From Squalus acanthias (taxonomy: Eukaryota), in assembly GCA_030390025.1 (NCBI GenBank), contig JASTWF010000323.1:434001-498000 (forward strand): 64,000 nt of DNA, written 5' to 3'. This document shows, piece by piece, positions 47,346 through 60,267 of this stretch (positions are counted from its first letter, which is position 1; every line of letters starts with the position of its first letter). Under the pieces are notes generated by a model. That model saw only the letters and a program-made list of their open reading frames with translations. It had not been told where the DNA came from and made no database searches. Both the position numbers and the translations under genes were made by a program.

Positions 47346-50300
47346 GAGTCATAGCGTCATAGAGTTATACAGCACAGAAAGAGGCCCTTCGGCCCATCAT
47401 CTCCGCACCGGCCATCAAGCCCTATCTATTCTAATCCCATTTTCCAGCACTTGGTCCGTAGCCTTGTATGCTATGGCGTTTCAACTGCTCATCTAAAGGC
47501 TTCTTGAATGTTGTGAGGGTTCCTGTCTCTACCACCCTTTCAGGCAGTGAGTTCCAGATTCCAACCAAACTCTGGGTGAAAAAGTTTTTCCTCAAATCCC
47601 CACTAAACCTCCTGCCCCTTACCTTCAAACTATGCCCCCTGGTTATTGACCCCTCTACTAAGGGGAAAAGTTCTTTTCTATCTACCCTATCTGCCCCTCA
47701 TAATTTTGTACACCTTAATCAGTCCCCCCTCAGCCTTCTCTGCTCTAAGGAAAACAACCCTAGCCTGTCCAGTCTCTCTTCATAGCTGAAGCGCTGCAGC
47801 CCAGGTTACATCCTGGTGAATCTCCTCTGCACCCTCTCCAATGCAATCACATCCTTCCTATAGTGTGGCGACCAGAACTGCACACAGTGTTCCAGCTCTG
47901 ACCTAACTTGCGTTTTGTACAGCTTCATCATAACCTCCCTGTTCTTGTCTTTTATGCCTCAGCTAATAAAGACAAGTATCCCATAGGCATTTTTAACCAT
48001 CTTATCTACCTGTCCTGCTGCCTTAAGGGATCTATGTACATGCACACCAAGGTCCCTCTGATCCTCTGTCCTTCCTAGGGTCCTACCATTCATTGTATAT
48101 TTCCTTGCATTGTTAGTCCTCCCAAAATGCATCACCTCACACTTTTCAGGGTTAAAATCCATTTGCCACTGTTATGCCCATCTGACTAACCCGTCTATAT
48201 CGTCCTGTAGCCTGAGGCTTCCCTCCTCGCTATTTACCACCTCACCAATTTTCGTGTCATCTGCGAACTTACTGATCATACCTCCTAAATCCATATCTAA
48301 ATCATTAATGTAAACTACAAACAGCAAAGGACCCAGCACCGATCCCTGCGGTACACCACTGGACACAGGCTTCCAGTCACAAAAACAACCTTCGACCATC
48401 ACCCTCTGCCTCCTGCCACTAAGTCAATTTTGGATCCAATGTGCCAAGTTGCTCTAGATCCCATGCGTTTTTACATTCTTGACCAGTCTCCCATGCGGGA
48501 CTTTGTCAAAAGCCCTACTGAAGTTCATGTAGGTCACATCAACTGCACTACCCACATCCACACATCTAGTCAGCCCCTCGAAAAATTCAATCAGATTGGT
48601 CAGACATGATCTCCCCCTGACAAAGCCATGCTGACTATCCTTGATTAATCCTTGCCTCTCCAAGTGGAACCTAATTCTGTCCCTCAGAATTGTTTCCAAT
48701 AATTTCCCTACCACTGATGTTAGGCTCAGTGGCCTGTAATTCCCTGCTTTATCCCTACTATCCTTCTTGAATAATGGTGCTACGTTATCTGTTCTCCACT
48801 GCACTGGCACCTCCCCTGTGGCCAGAGAGGTTCTGAAAATTTGTGTTAGAGCCCCTGCAGTCTCCTCCCTTGCCTCACACAGCAGCCTGGGATACATCTC
48901 GTTTGGGCCTGGGGATTTATCCACTTTTAAGCCTGCTAAAACCGCTAGTACCTCCTCCCCCTCAATACTAATTTGTACAAGTATATCACCATCCCCCTGC
49001 CTGATTTCTATGCCTACATCGTCCTTCTCCATAGTGAACACAGATGCAAAATATTCATTTAAAACCCCACCTACATCTTCTGGCTCTACACACAGATTGC
49101 CACTTTGGTCCCTAATGGGCCCTACTCTTTCCCTGGTTATCCTCTTGCCCTTACTTTACTTATAAAACACCTTGGGATTTTCATTTATTTTGCCCGCCTG
49201 TGTTATTTCATGCCCCCTCTTCGCTCTCCTAATTTATTTTTTAAGTACCCCCCTGCAGTTTCTATACTCCTCTAGGCCTTCCACTGTTTTTAGTCCTTTG
49301 TATCTGCCAAAAGCCTCCGTTTTTTTTACTAATCCATTCTCGTATGTCCCTTGACATTCAGGCGTCCCTGGGCTTCTTGGTTCTACCCTTGACCTTTACG
49401 GAAACATATTTCCGCTGTACTCTCTCTATTTCCTTTCTGAAAGACTCCCACTGCTCTGATGTGGATTATCCTACAAGTAGCTGATCCCACACCACTTTGG
49501 CCAGATCCTGCCTTATCATATTTAAATCGGCCTTCCCCCAATTTAGAACCTTTATTCCGTTCCATCTTTGTCCTTTTCCATGAATGCCTTAAATCTCACC
49601 GAATTATGGTCACTGTCACCAAAATGCTCTCCTACTAACACTTCTACCACTTGCCCGGCTACATTCCCTAGAATTAGGTCCAATACCGCCCCCTCTCTTG
49701 TAGGACTTTCTACATGCTGGCTCAAAAAGCTCTCCTGGATGCACTTTAAGAAATCCGCACCCTCTAAGCCTTTCACACACTGACTATCCCAGTTAATATT
49801 GGGGAAGTTGAAATCCCCTACTATTATTACCCTACTATTAATCCTACAGTTCTCTGAGATTTGCCTACATATCTGTTCCTCTATGACCCGCTGACTGTTT
49901 GGGGGCCTATAGTTAACTCCCAGCAAAGTGTTTGCCCCCATTTTGTTTTTAAGTTCTACCCATATGGCCTCATTAGAGGAACCTGCTAAGATATCATCCG
50001 TCCTTACAGCAGTAATTGACTCCTTGATTAACATTGCGGAACCCCCATCTCTTTTACACCCTCCTCTGTCTCGGCTGAAGATTCTATACTCCGGAATATT
50101 GAGCTGCCAGTCCTGCACCTCCCTTAATCATGTCTCTGTGATAGCAACCATATCATACTCCCAATTGTTCATCAACAACTTTAATTTATCTGCCTTACTC
50201 GCAAGACTCATTGCATTAAAATAAATGCCATCCAGCCTTGCCATACTCCCTTGTGCCGTTAAATGTTTCCTCTGCCTTCCAGGCTGACTTGTTTTTTCCT

Positions 50301-50900
50301 CTATATTTGGCTCTGCATCACCCCCTGCTATAGCTCCACTCGGTATCCCAAACCCCTGCAAAGTTAGTTTTAACCCCCCCGACCCCCAACAGTACTAGCA
50401 CACCTCCACGCAAGGATGTTGGTCCAGTTGCGGTTCAGATGCAACCCGTAAGATTTGTACAGGTCCCACCTTCCCCAGAAGCAGACCCAGTGATCCAGGA
50501 AACTAATGCCCTCCCTCCTGCACCAACTCTTTAGCCACGCATTCATCTGCTCTATACTGCTATTGCTATACTCACTAGCACGTGGCACCGGGAGTAATGC
50601 AGAGATTACAACCTTTGTGGTCCTGCTTTTTAATCTGCTACCTAGCTCCCTAAATTCTTGTTGCAGGCCCTCATCCCTCTTTCTACCCATGTCGTTGGTA
50701 CCAATGTGAACCACGACCTCTGACAGTTCGCCCTCCCCCTTCAGAATGCCCTGCAGCCGTTCAGTGACATCCTTGACCCTGGCACCAGGTGGCAACATAC
50801 CATTCTGGAGTCACATCTGCGGTCACAGAAACGTCTATCTGTTCCCCTTACGATAGAATCCCCTATCACTATTGCTCTCCCACTCTTTTTCCTCCCCTCC
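47346..50900 (-). mobile_element. CR1 LINE, long copy (ORF1 esterase, APE, RT, tail), degenerate
   Basis: PGARVKDV..VHIGTNDM; MVAITET, GDFNFP, LDLILGN, GDSDH; NYRPLSL, GVPQGSVLGP, FADD. Confidence 0.95.
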
Positions 50901-51154
50901 AGTCAGCAGATTTGAGAATCTGTAGATCCGCTTTGGGAAAGTGAATCAGAGCAGAATGAAGGGCGAACTGTCCGACTGCCCAGAAGCGATCAAGGCACAG
51001 CTCTGTCGGCGCGTTCCCCTGGTTTACGAGGCAGGAACATTCCTCACACAGAAATTATTCAAACCAGTGGAAAAAATTCCAGCAGCCGGTAATTTATTCT
51101 ACCGATTGAAGGAATGGCGAACGTGGTTACCGAGTGACGGTGGAAAGTTTATTC

Positions 51155-51610
51155 ACTTTTGTTTCATTCAACAAAACTATGATGAACTTTGATCTTTTCT
51201 CATTTTATAGACTGTATTTGAAGGGTCTCGGTAAACATGTTCAGTGTTTCTGACAGCGGGGTGTGGGTGAGCAGCTGGTGAGTGTAACAGGCTCAGGGCT
51301 GGATGCAGGAAGCTTTCTGACAGTCTCTCTTCCTCTCTCTGATGGGGAGAGTTGATTGACAGTTGGAGGCTGTTGGTGGTTTGATTAATGCAGGAAGTTC
51401 CCTCTAAACTCTGTTATGATTGAGAGCTGCAATCCACTTGTTTACCTAGGACAGAAACATGAACAAAAGTTCATCACTCCCGGATCATTCTGTGTCTGTT
51501 TAAAGGGGAGGCGATTTCAGATACGACGGCCGAGTGATTAAGATGTTGGATTCGAAAGTCACGTGATTTGTTTAGCTGAGGCTCGAACTCTGCTCGCGGC
51601 GGATCTGTTC
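51155..51610 (+). repeat. Duplicate of the 3405-3840 block, including a tRNA-Ser relic
   Basis: GATGAACTTTGATCTTTTCTCATTTTATAGACT..GGGGTGTGGGTGAGCA.. shared. Confidence 0.85.
51520..51601 (+). pseudogene. tRNA-Ser(CGA) relic
   Basis: CGGCCGAGTGATTAAGATGTTGGATTCGAAA..GGCTCGAACTCTGCTCGCGGCG. Confidence 0.65.
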
Positions 51611-52009
51611 AGAAGTTCGAAATCTGCTTTTTGTTCTTTAAACATATCTTTTGTCAGAGCGCTGACCAGAAATTGCTCAGTATTCTCTCCACTGCTATTT
51701 CGCAAGTTCATAGCACCCGCGTAACCTATTGGAGAAGGCGAAAGATCTTCGATGTCACGCGTAATCTTATCCGAAGATTGCAGGGACGAGTCCGACCGTG
51801 GCTGTTTTACACACTGGGCGACAGCTGTTCCTAAATTTTCCGAGTCTGTCTCACACCCGGACATTCGTCCCCCAGAGTCCTCAGTCTCTCCGGCATCTTT
51901 GCATTCAGTGGCGGGAGCTGCTCTTCCGCTGAAGTTTGCTGACAGAAGCATTGTCTAACATTGTCGAATTCCCATTCCCGCAAAGAACGAAGCCAAACAG
52001 AAGGAGGGA

Positions 52010-52335
52010 ATTACATAGAATGACGCTGACTTTTACAAAACATAAACGGACCATTGGGCCCAACTGGTGTGTGTCGGTGTTTCTGCTCCACACCAGCCTC
52101 CTCCCGAGCTGCTTCATCTCCTCAGATCAGCAGAAACTTCTGTTCCTGTCTCCCTCATGTGTGTATCCAGCTTCCCCTGAAATGCATCTAATCGTCTCAA
52201 TCGCTCTACGAGGCGGCCAGTTCCATATTCTAACCACTCTCTGAGTAAAGAAGTTTATCCTGAATTGCCTATTGGATTTATCAGTGACTATCGTGTATTG
52301 ATGAACCCTAGTTTTGGACACCCCACAAGTGGAAG
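52010..52335 (-). mobile_element. CR1 3' fragment
   Basis: FRINFFTQRVVRIWN motif. Confidence 0.75.
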
Positions 52336-52617
52336 TATCTGATATAAGTCAACCCTTCCAAAACCGGAGCTCCAACTGCCGACCATTTCCGCACTGCACT
52401 GCCTGTAATCAGAAAAGTTCAGCCCCGACTGCGGAGAGCTAATCCTGTCCTGACAAGAAATGGGGAAGTTTACCTGTGCGGTGCGCCGGTTGCTACGGGG
52501 CTTTACTTGCAGAACTGCAGTTCTGCCCCTTCAGACACCCGGGGTCGCCAAGCCTTGAGTCTTCCCGACCTGTACCACATATCTGTAGACTTGAAGGGTT
52601 TATACCCGTACTGGGAG

Positions 52618-52775
52618 CGGAAGAGAGAGAGAAGCAGAGAGAGAGAGAGAGAGACAGAAAAAGACAGAGAGACACAGAGAGAGAGAGACAGATATATTGA
52701 GAGTGAGACCAAGCGATAGGCAAAAAGATTGAGACAGAGAGAGCGACAAGAAGAGCGGCAGAGAGATTGAGAGAT
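52618..52775. repeat. (GA)n microsatellite
   Basis: GA-rich simple repeat. Confidence 0.85.
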
Positions 52776-52828
52776 AAACTTGCATTTGACGGACAATGAC
52801 TATCCCTGTATAGAGTAATATGAAAATC

Positions 52829-53525
52829 TAATGGCCCGTATTTTCCGATCGCAGGCTCCCCGCGGGCGGAGGCCTGCGATCTGAAAAAAATCTGACCTGA
52901 GGACTCCCGGGACCCACACGCTTCCGCTACTGGGCCTCTCCAAACTGCAAGTGCGCAGGGCCCACGTATCCCAGAGGCGCATGTCGTTCGCAGCGTCTTT
53001 GGGATGACCTGGGCCATGGGGAACCAATCAAAGAAGGGAATCTCCCTTCATACACTTGAAAGGATGACCTGTCAAATTTATGAATGGAGATCACCCCAAA
53101 AACATAGTAAAACTTTAAATACATGTTTAAACAATCACAGTTTTGAAATGACCTGAAATTACAATAAATTAAGAATTTTAAACAAAAATTAATATTATGA
53201 AAAAAATATTTAAAGTTTTTTGCGGGACTAAAAATAAACTTACCTTTTTTAAAAGTATTTTTAAATGAGAAATCAGTGAAAAACAATTTATTTTTTACTT
53301 TTTTCAACACCTATCCTGGTAAAAGCAGACCTTACGCCTGCTTTTACCAGGCGCAAGAATTGTAAGGGTTTCCTGCGGGCGGAGGGTCTCCAAATAGCGG
53401 AAATATCCGCCTACAGAGACAATTCTCCAGGCGCTGTGCATGCCTGAAACCGGCATTTCCGATGTCCCTACGGGTGGGTACACAGCACCTACACAGCCGT
53501 AGGGATCGGAATATCCGGGCCATTA
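52829..53525. mobile_element. MITE-like TIR element, copy 4
   Basis: TAATGGCCCGTATTTTCCGATC ... GATCGGAATATCCGGGCCATTA; closest to the copy at 9264. Confidence 0.88.
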
Positions 53526-54544
53526 TCCGGGCGAGTGAGAGAACCATGGTTCACAAAAGAGGTTGAATGTCTAGTCAAGAGGAAAAAGGAAGCGTATGTA
53601 AGGATGAGAAAACAAGGTTCAGTTGGGTCGATTGAGGGGTACAAGGTAGCAAGGAATGAGCTAAAAAAAGAGCTTAGGAGAGCTAGGAGGGGGCATGAGA
53701 AGTCCTTGGCGGGTCGGATCAAGAAAAACCCCAAGGCCTTTTACTCTTATGTGAGAAATAAAAGAATGGCCAGGGTGAGGGTAGGGCCGGTCAAGGACAG
53801 TAGTGGGAACTTGTGCATGGAGTCAGAAGAGATAGGAGAGGTGATGAATGAATACTTTTCGTCAGTGTTCACCGAGGAGAGGGGCCATGTTCTTGAGGAT
53901 GAGAGTGTGATAAAGGTGGATAGGCTGGAGGTGGTAGATGTTCTGAGGGAAGATGTTTTAGCAATTTTGAAGAACCTGAGGGTCGATAAGTCCCCTGGGC
54001 CAGATGGGATATATCCTAGGATTCTTTGGGAGGCAAGGGAGGAGATTGCAGAGCCTCTGGCTTTGATCTTTGGGTCCTCACTGTCCACCGGGATGGTGCC
54101 AGAGGACTGGAGAGTGGCGAATGTTGTTCCTCTCTTCAAGAAAGGAAATAGGAATGACCCTGGTAATTATAGGCCGGTTAGTCTTACTTCGGTGGTTGGT
54201 AAGATAATGGAAAAGGTCCTGAGGGATAGGATTTATGACCATTTGGAAAGGGGCAACTTAATCAGGGAAAGTCAACACGGATTCGTGAAGGGTAAGTCTT
54301 GCCTAACAAATTTGATTGAATTCTTTGAGGAGGTAACTAAGTATGTAGATGAAGGTAGAGCAGTTGATGTCGTATACATGGATTTTAGTAAGGCGTTTGA
54401 TAAGGTTCCCCATGGTCGGCTCATGAAGAAAGTAAGGAGTTGTGGGATAGATGAAAATTTGGCCGATTGGATAAGTAACTGGCTATCTCATAGAAATGAG
54501 AAGTCGCACAACACCAGGTTATAGTCCAACAGATTTATTTAATT

Positions 54545-54586
54545 TTACAAGCTTTCGGAGCAGTTCGCTCCTTCGTCAGTTAAGTT
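54545..54586 (-). ncRNA. Minimal hammerhead ribozyme motif in the Penelope 3' region
   Basis: TTAA-CTGACGA-AGGAGC(GAACT)GCTCC-GAAA-GCTT-GTAA. Confidence 0.65.
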
Positions 54587-54806
54587 TAGCAGTGAGAGAA
54601 TCTCCCAGAATTCACAATTTAAATACAGACAAAATATATTCAAATCTTTCCCACATCAAAGAGCATAGCCAAGACAATGAGATGTGTCCCAGGGGGTCCA
54701 ACGTGTCAAACGACCTGCTGCCTGCATATCCTGTCAATCTGTGTAGGTTCTTGTGTTAGCCTTTTTTTAAAAAAAAACACCTGGGAAGACCGGCCATGAT
54801 GTCAAG

Positions 54807-55763
54807 TCACGTTCTGTATCGTGACATGAACCCGATATCGCGATTGAGGCCCTCCTCATGAGTGCGGAAATTGGCTATCAGTTTCTGCTCTATGATTTTG
54901 CGCTGTCGTGTATTTCGAAGGCCGCCTTGGAGAACGCTTACCCGCATATCCGAGGCTGAATGCCCCTGGCTGCTGAAGTGTTCCCCGACTGGGAGGCAAC
55001 CCTCCTGCCTGGCGATTGTTGCGCGGTGTCCGTTCATACGTTGTCTCAGTGTCTGCATGGTCTCGCCGATGTACCATGCTCTGGAGCATCCTTTACTGCA
55101 ACGTATCAGGTAGACAACGTTGGCCGAGTCACATGAGTATGTACCGTGTACCTGGTGGGTAGTGTCCTCACGTGTGATGATGGTATCTGTGTCCATGATT
55201 TGGCATGACTTGCAGAGGTTGCCGTGGCAGGGTTGTGTGGTGTCTTGGTTGCTGTTCGCCTGAAAGATGGGTAATCTGCTGCGAACGATGGTACCTTTGA
55301 GGTTAGGCGGCTGCTTGAAGGCGAGTAGTGGAGGCGTGGGGATGGCCTTAGCAAGGTGTTCGTCGTCATCGATGACATGTTGAAGGCTGCGAAGAACATG
55401 GCGTAGTTTTTCCGCTCCGGGGAAGTACTGGACGACGTAGGGTACTCTGTTGGTTGTGTCCCGTGTTCGTCTTGTGAGGAGGTCTATGCGGTTTTTCGCT
55501 GTGGCCCGTCGGAACTGTCGATCGACGAGTCGAGCGTCATATCCCGTTCTTACGAGGGCGTCTTTCAGTGTCCGTAGGTGTCCATCGCGTTCCTCCTCGT
55601 CTGAGCAGATCCTGTGTATTCGCAGGGCTTGTCCATAGGGGATGGCTTCTTTAACGTGGTTAGGGTGGAAGCTGGAGAAGTGGAGCATCGTGAGGTTGTC
55701 CGTGGGCTTGCGGTAGAGTGAAGTGCTGAGGCGTCCGTCTTTGATGGAGATTCGTGTGTCCAA
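54807..55763 (-). CDS. Penelope RT thumb / GIY-YIG endonuclease ORF (partial; one stop codon just upstream)
   Basis: 318-aa ORF with VVYLIRC-x-YIGET GIY-YIG motif. Confidence 0.85.
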   Translation of the reverse strand: MDTRISIKDGRLSTSLYRKPTDNLTMLHFSSFHPNHVKEAIPYGQALRIHRICSDEEERDGHLRTLKDALVRTGYDARLVDRQFRRATAKNRIDLLTRRTRDTTNRVPYVVQYFPGAEKLRHVLRSLQHVIDDDEHLAKAIPTPPLLAFKQPPNLKGTIVRSRLPIFQANSNQDTTQPCHGNLCKSCQIMDTDTIITREDTTHQVHGTYSCDSANVVYLIRCSKGCSRAWYIGETMQTLRQRMNGHRATIARQEGCLPVGEHFSSQGHSASDMRVSVLQGGLRNTRQRKIIEQKLIANFRTHEEGLNRDIGFMSRYRT

Positions 55764-57049
55764 GAATGAAACCGATTCTCAGGAGTAGTCCATGGTGAGT
55801 TTGATGGTGGGATGGAACCTATTGATGCTATCGTGTAGTCCTTTCAGTGATCCTTCGCCGTGGGTCCAAAGGAAGAAGATGTCGTCGATGTATCTGGTGT
55901 ACAGCGTTGGTTGGAGGTCCTGTGCAGCGAAGAAGTCTTGCTCGAACTTGTGCATGAAGATGTTGGTATCTCATAGAAGGCAGAGGGTGGTGGTGGATGG
56001 AACATTTTCGGACTGGAGACCAGTTACCAGCGGTGTGCCACAGGGGTCGGTGCTGGGTCCTCTGCTGTTTGTGATTTTTATCAATGACTTGGAGGAGGGG
56101 ACTGAAGGGTGGATCAGTAAATTTGCTGATGACACCAAGATTGGTGGAGCAGTGGATGAGGTGGAGGGCTGTTGTAGGCTGCAAAGAGACATTGATAGGA
56201 TGCAGAGCTGGGCCGAAAAATGGCAGATGGAATTTAACCCTGATAAGTGCGAGGTGATTCATTTTGGTAGGGCAAATTTGAATAAGGATTACAGGGTCAA
56301 CGGCAGGGGTCTGAGGAACGTGGAGGAGCAGAGGGATCTGGGGGTTCATATCCACAGATCTCTGAAGGTTGCCACTCAAGTGGATAGAGCAGTAAAGAAG
56401 GCCTATGGTGTGTTGGCGATAATTAACAGAGGGTTTGAGTTTAAGAACCGTGAGGTTATGCTGCAACTGTACAGGACCTTGGTGAGACCACATTTGGAAT
56501 ATTGTGTGCAGTTCTGGTCACCTCACTATAGGAAGGACGTGGAAGCATTGGAAATAGTGCAAAGGAGATTTACCAGGATGCTTCCTGGTTTGGGGGGGAG
56601 GTCTTATGAGGAAAGATTGAGGGAGTTGGGGCTTTTCTCTTTAGAGCGGAGGAGGATGAGAGGCGACTTAATAGAGGTTTATAAGATGATGAGGGGGATA
56701 GATAGAGTGGATGTTCAGAGACTATTTCCTCGGGTAGAGGCAGCTGTTACAAGGGGGCATAACTATAAGGTGCATGGGGGGAGATATAGAAGGGATGTCC
56801 GAGGTAGATTCTTTACTCAGAGAGTGGTTGGGGTGTGGAATGGTCTGCCTGCTGTGATAGTGGAGTCGGACACTTTAGGAACTTTCAAGCGGTTATTGGA
56901 TAAGCACATGGAGCACACCAGAGTGATAGGGAGTGTGATAGCTTGATCTTGGTCTCGGACAATGCTCGGCACAACATCGAGGGCCGAAGGGCCTGTACTG
57001 TGCTGTACTGTTCTATGTTTCTATGTTTCTATTATGTTATCGGCTCTAT

Positions 57050-57535
57050 GGTTCTGAGCTTCTGTCCTCGGCCTCCTACACTTTTCTAATAAAGCTCAAC
57101 GGAAGCTCGAGGATTAGCAACTCATCTTCCATTAGACGCTTTACAGCCTTCCGGACTCAATCTGAGTTCATCAATTTCAATTCATACCACTGTTCTCATT
57201 TTTGTGGACAGCAGCTGTTGGTAATGATTCTGCTATTGGCATTTACACCTCCACTGGAGCCATCTTTTGTTTCTTTACTTCTCCCAATAACACCCTTTTG
57301 CCTCACACCATCATCTCTTTTGTCATTTAATCTCTCCTGCCTTCCACCCTATCACAGACCATCCCCCATGTTCTTTCCTCCGCTCCCCTTTTCCCTGCCA
57401 TTGCACTTGCTTAAAACCTATTACATTTCTAACTGTTTCCAGTTCTGATGAAAGCTCATCGATCTGCAACAATAACTCTGTGTGTCTCTCCACAGATGCT
57501 GCCTGACCTGCTGAGTGTTTCCAACATTTTATATT
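57050..57535 (+). mobile_element. Penelope-like (second family) 3' end and pseudo-LTR
   Basis: QRKLE..LIF..LQPSGLN remnant; CTGATGAAAGCTCATCGATCTG..CCACAGATGCTGCCTGACCTGCTGAG. Confidence 0.7.
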
Positions 57536-58044
57536 TTTATTGCAATATTCCTGCTGTTTATATTCATTATCCTGCAGACTATTCGTACTGTTCCCAACAT
57601 CTTCTATCACAGTTAAATATCAGAGGCGTAACATTATTATAATGATCGATGCGGTTCTTTTCAACTTGTGGTTCCACGACAAATTGAATATCACGAAACC
57701 AGCGCAATAATCATTGCGGAGGTAAAACATACGGTGCAGGGTCAGTGATTGGAGATTTTGCGGTCACGCAGATCTAAATGTAACGACTGGGTTCTTGCAC
57801 CATTGACTATTGGTAAGAATGGGACACGTTACCCCATCTCTGGTGGGCCTGTCCTGCCGGTCGGACAGGACATACCCAGGGATGGCGATGGAGGAGTCTG
57901 GGAAGTTGACTGAAAGGTATGATTCTTTGAGTACGACTCTTTGAGTATGATTATGTCAGGCTGTTGCTTGACTAATCTGTGGGGCAGCTCTCCCACTTTA
58001 GGCATAAGTAACGGAGGAGGAGGTTGCAGAGTCGATTGGGCGAG

Positions 58045-59315
58045 GTTTTAGACCACACCTAGAGCACTGTGAGAAGTTCAGAATAACCACACCAGAGTAA
58101 CCATATATTGGCCTTGGAGGGAGTGCAGTGTAGGTTTACCAGAATGAAAACTGGACTCCAAGGGTTAAATTTGACGGGGAGATTACACGAATTACGGTTG
58201 TCTTCCCGATAATGTAAAGGTTAAGGCGAGATTTGTTCGAAGTTTTCAAGATATTAAGGGGAACAGATAGGATAGATAGAGATAAACTACTTCCGCTGAT
58301 TGGGGAGTCTAGGACTAGGGGGCATAGTCTAAAAAATAGAGTCAGGTCTTTCAGGAGTTAAATTCGGCAGCACTTCTACAAACAATGGGTGGTAGAAGTT
58401 TGGAACTCTCTTCCACAAACGACAATTGATGCTGGATCAAATGTTAATTTTACATCTGAGATTGATAGATTTTTGTTCACCAACTGTATTAAGGGATATG
58501 GGCCAAAGGCGGGTATGTGGAGTTAGGTCGCAGATCAGCCATGATCTAACTGAATGGCGGAACAGGCTGGAGGGACTAAATGGCCAACTCTTGTTCCTAT
58601 GTTCATATATTGTATAAAGCTCTGCTCAAACCACATCTAGAGAACTGCGTCCAGTTCTGGGCACCGTAAAAAAAGGAAGGATATATTGGCCTTGGAGCGG
58701 GTTCAGCGCGGATTCACAGAATGATACCGGGGTAAACGGGTTAGATTATCATGAACAGCTGCAGAGACTAGGCTTGCATTTCGTTGGGTATAGAAGATAA
58801 AGATGTGATATAATTAAGATAGTTAGATTACTGTCCGTTCCGCTCTGTAACACACTGACCTGTTAACTGTTTCCAGATATTGTCGCTCCTTTTCAGCATT
58901 GGATGTGCTGCAGTCCGCTGACAACAGGCGTTTAAACCGAGCAAGATTGCAGCCCTGGCGGTAAATGTTGCAGCTGACGTTTTTCTCGGGTTCCAGGCGC
59001 TGGCGGGGATTGGAAAGCTCTTGTTTCACACTGAGTAAAACTAGAAGTCATCAATATAAGGTAGTTACCAATAAATCCAATAGGGAGTTCAGGAGATAGT
59101 TATTTACTCAAAGTACGCGCTATCATAAGGAATAGTTGAGGTAAATAGCATTGATGCATTTCAGGGGGAGTTAGATAAGTACATGAAGGAGACAGCAACA
59201 GAAGGATATGCTGAAGTTAGATGATGTGGGCTGGGAGTAGGCTCGGGTGCAGCATAAACGCCGGCAGAGACCAGTTGTGCCGAATGGCCTTTTCCTGTGC
59301 TGTACATTCGATGTA
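58045..59315 (+). mobile_element. Several old CR1 3' fragments
   Basis: GCCTTGGAGGGAGTGCAG, GAAGTTTGGAACTCTCT and CAGCCATGATCT CR1 motifs; stops throughout. Confidence 0.75.
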
Positions 59316-59569
59316 AAGTGTCTGAAAATGTCATAAATCCGCACCTGCTTTAGGCTCCAGACTTTAATGCAATTATTTTCTCTAAATAAAGCCTCTTAAT
59401 AGCCTCGCGTCCTTGTCTCCCGCCACCTCTGGGGGAAGGTCAAACTCCCCGCAGAAACAATTCTGCCCGAGCCGTCCTCGCGGGATTCTTTCAATTTGCG
59501 GTTTTGAAACAGGACAGCGACACAAATCTGTTTCCTTCTTTGACCCTGTGATTCGCTATTCTGCGGGTA

Positions 59570-59699
59570 TGAGATAGAGAGAGAGGAGCGAGAGGGAGAA
59601 GAGCGAGTCAGAGAGAGGAAGGAGGAAAAGGGAGAGACAGAGAGAGATAGAGAGCGAGAGGGACAAAGAGCGAGTCAGAGAGAGGGAATGAGGAAACGG

Positions 59700-59731
<32 letters not shown>

Positions 59732-59953
59732 ACGAGAGGAACAGACCGGGGGAGAGATATAGACATCCTTGTCAACCTATTTAATTGTTATCCCCAGCAG
59801 TTTGTAAAGATGATCAACGGAAGGACTTGTATTTTATGCTTTTCCCGACTTCAGAGCGTCCCAAAGCGCTTTACCGCCAATTGTGTTAGAACTTGATGTT
59901 CCGCCCTGGACTTTGGAAACTACAGCAAATTCGCAACAGATTCTTCCTCTCTT

Positions 59954-59990
<37 letters not shown>

Positions 59991-60060
59991 TTCTCTCTCT
60001 CTATTTCTCTCTCTCCCTCTCTCTCGCTGTCACTGTCTGTTTGTTTCTCTCTCTTTCTCT
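59570..60060. repeat. (GA)n and (CT)n microsatellites
   Basis: 59570-59762 GA-rich; 59940-60060 CT-rich. Confidence 0.85.
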
Positions 60061-60267
60061 GGTTGAATCTCCATCAGACGGTCTCCCTCCTTCTTTATAA
60101 CTGAACAGCGACATGCAATCGCAGCCTGTCCCGGGGTGAGTTACTATGGGGAATCAGCAGGCCCACAGGCCTCCTCCTTAGACGGGAAGCCCGGAGAGAG
60201 AGGCAGACGCGCGCAATGTGGAAACAGTGAATAATGGCATATTCATTCGTAGTTATTTCTAACAATT

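Larger units (their letters stand above)
54496..55966 (-). mobile_element. Penelope-like retroelement (RT C-terminus plus GIY-YIG), 5' truncated, 12-bp TSD
   Basis: RYIDDIFF, FLD, YRKPT, NVVYLIRC..YIGET..RMNGHR..HF; TATCTCATAGAA at 54484-54495 and 55967-55978. Confidence 0.95.
53526..57030 (+). mobile_element. Young 5'-truncated CR1 LINE interrupted by a Penelope insertion
   Basis: Open RT frame 53535-54495 resumes at 55979 (NWLSHR|RQRVVVDG) and runs to the stop at 56946; TTCTATGT tail. Confidence 0.95.

Noticed and set aside
51559..51951. 130-aa ORF on the minus strand
   Set aside because: No recognisable domain, runs into a tRNA relic, no convincing exon boundaries.
52493..53017. ORFs with SLSL runs (also near 59.9 and 61.0 kb)
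   Set aside because: Translations of GA/CT microsatellites and MITE sequence.
55792..56946. 384-aa ORF as a standalone gene
   Set aside because: Chimeric: antisense Penelope sequence fused in frame to the CR1 RT at the insertion junction.
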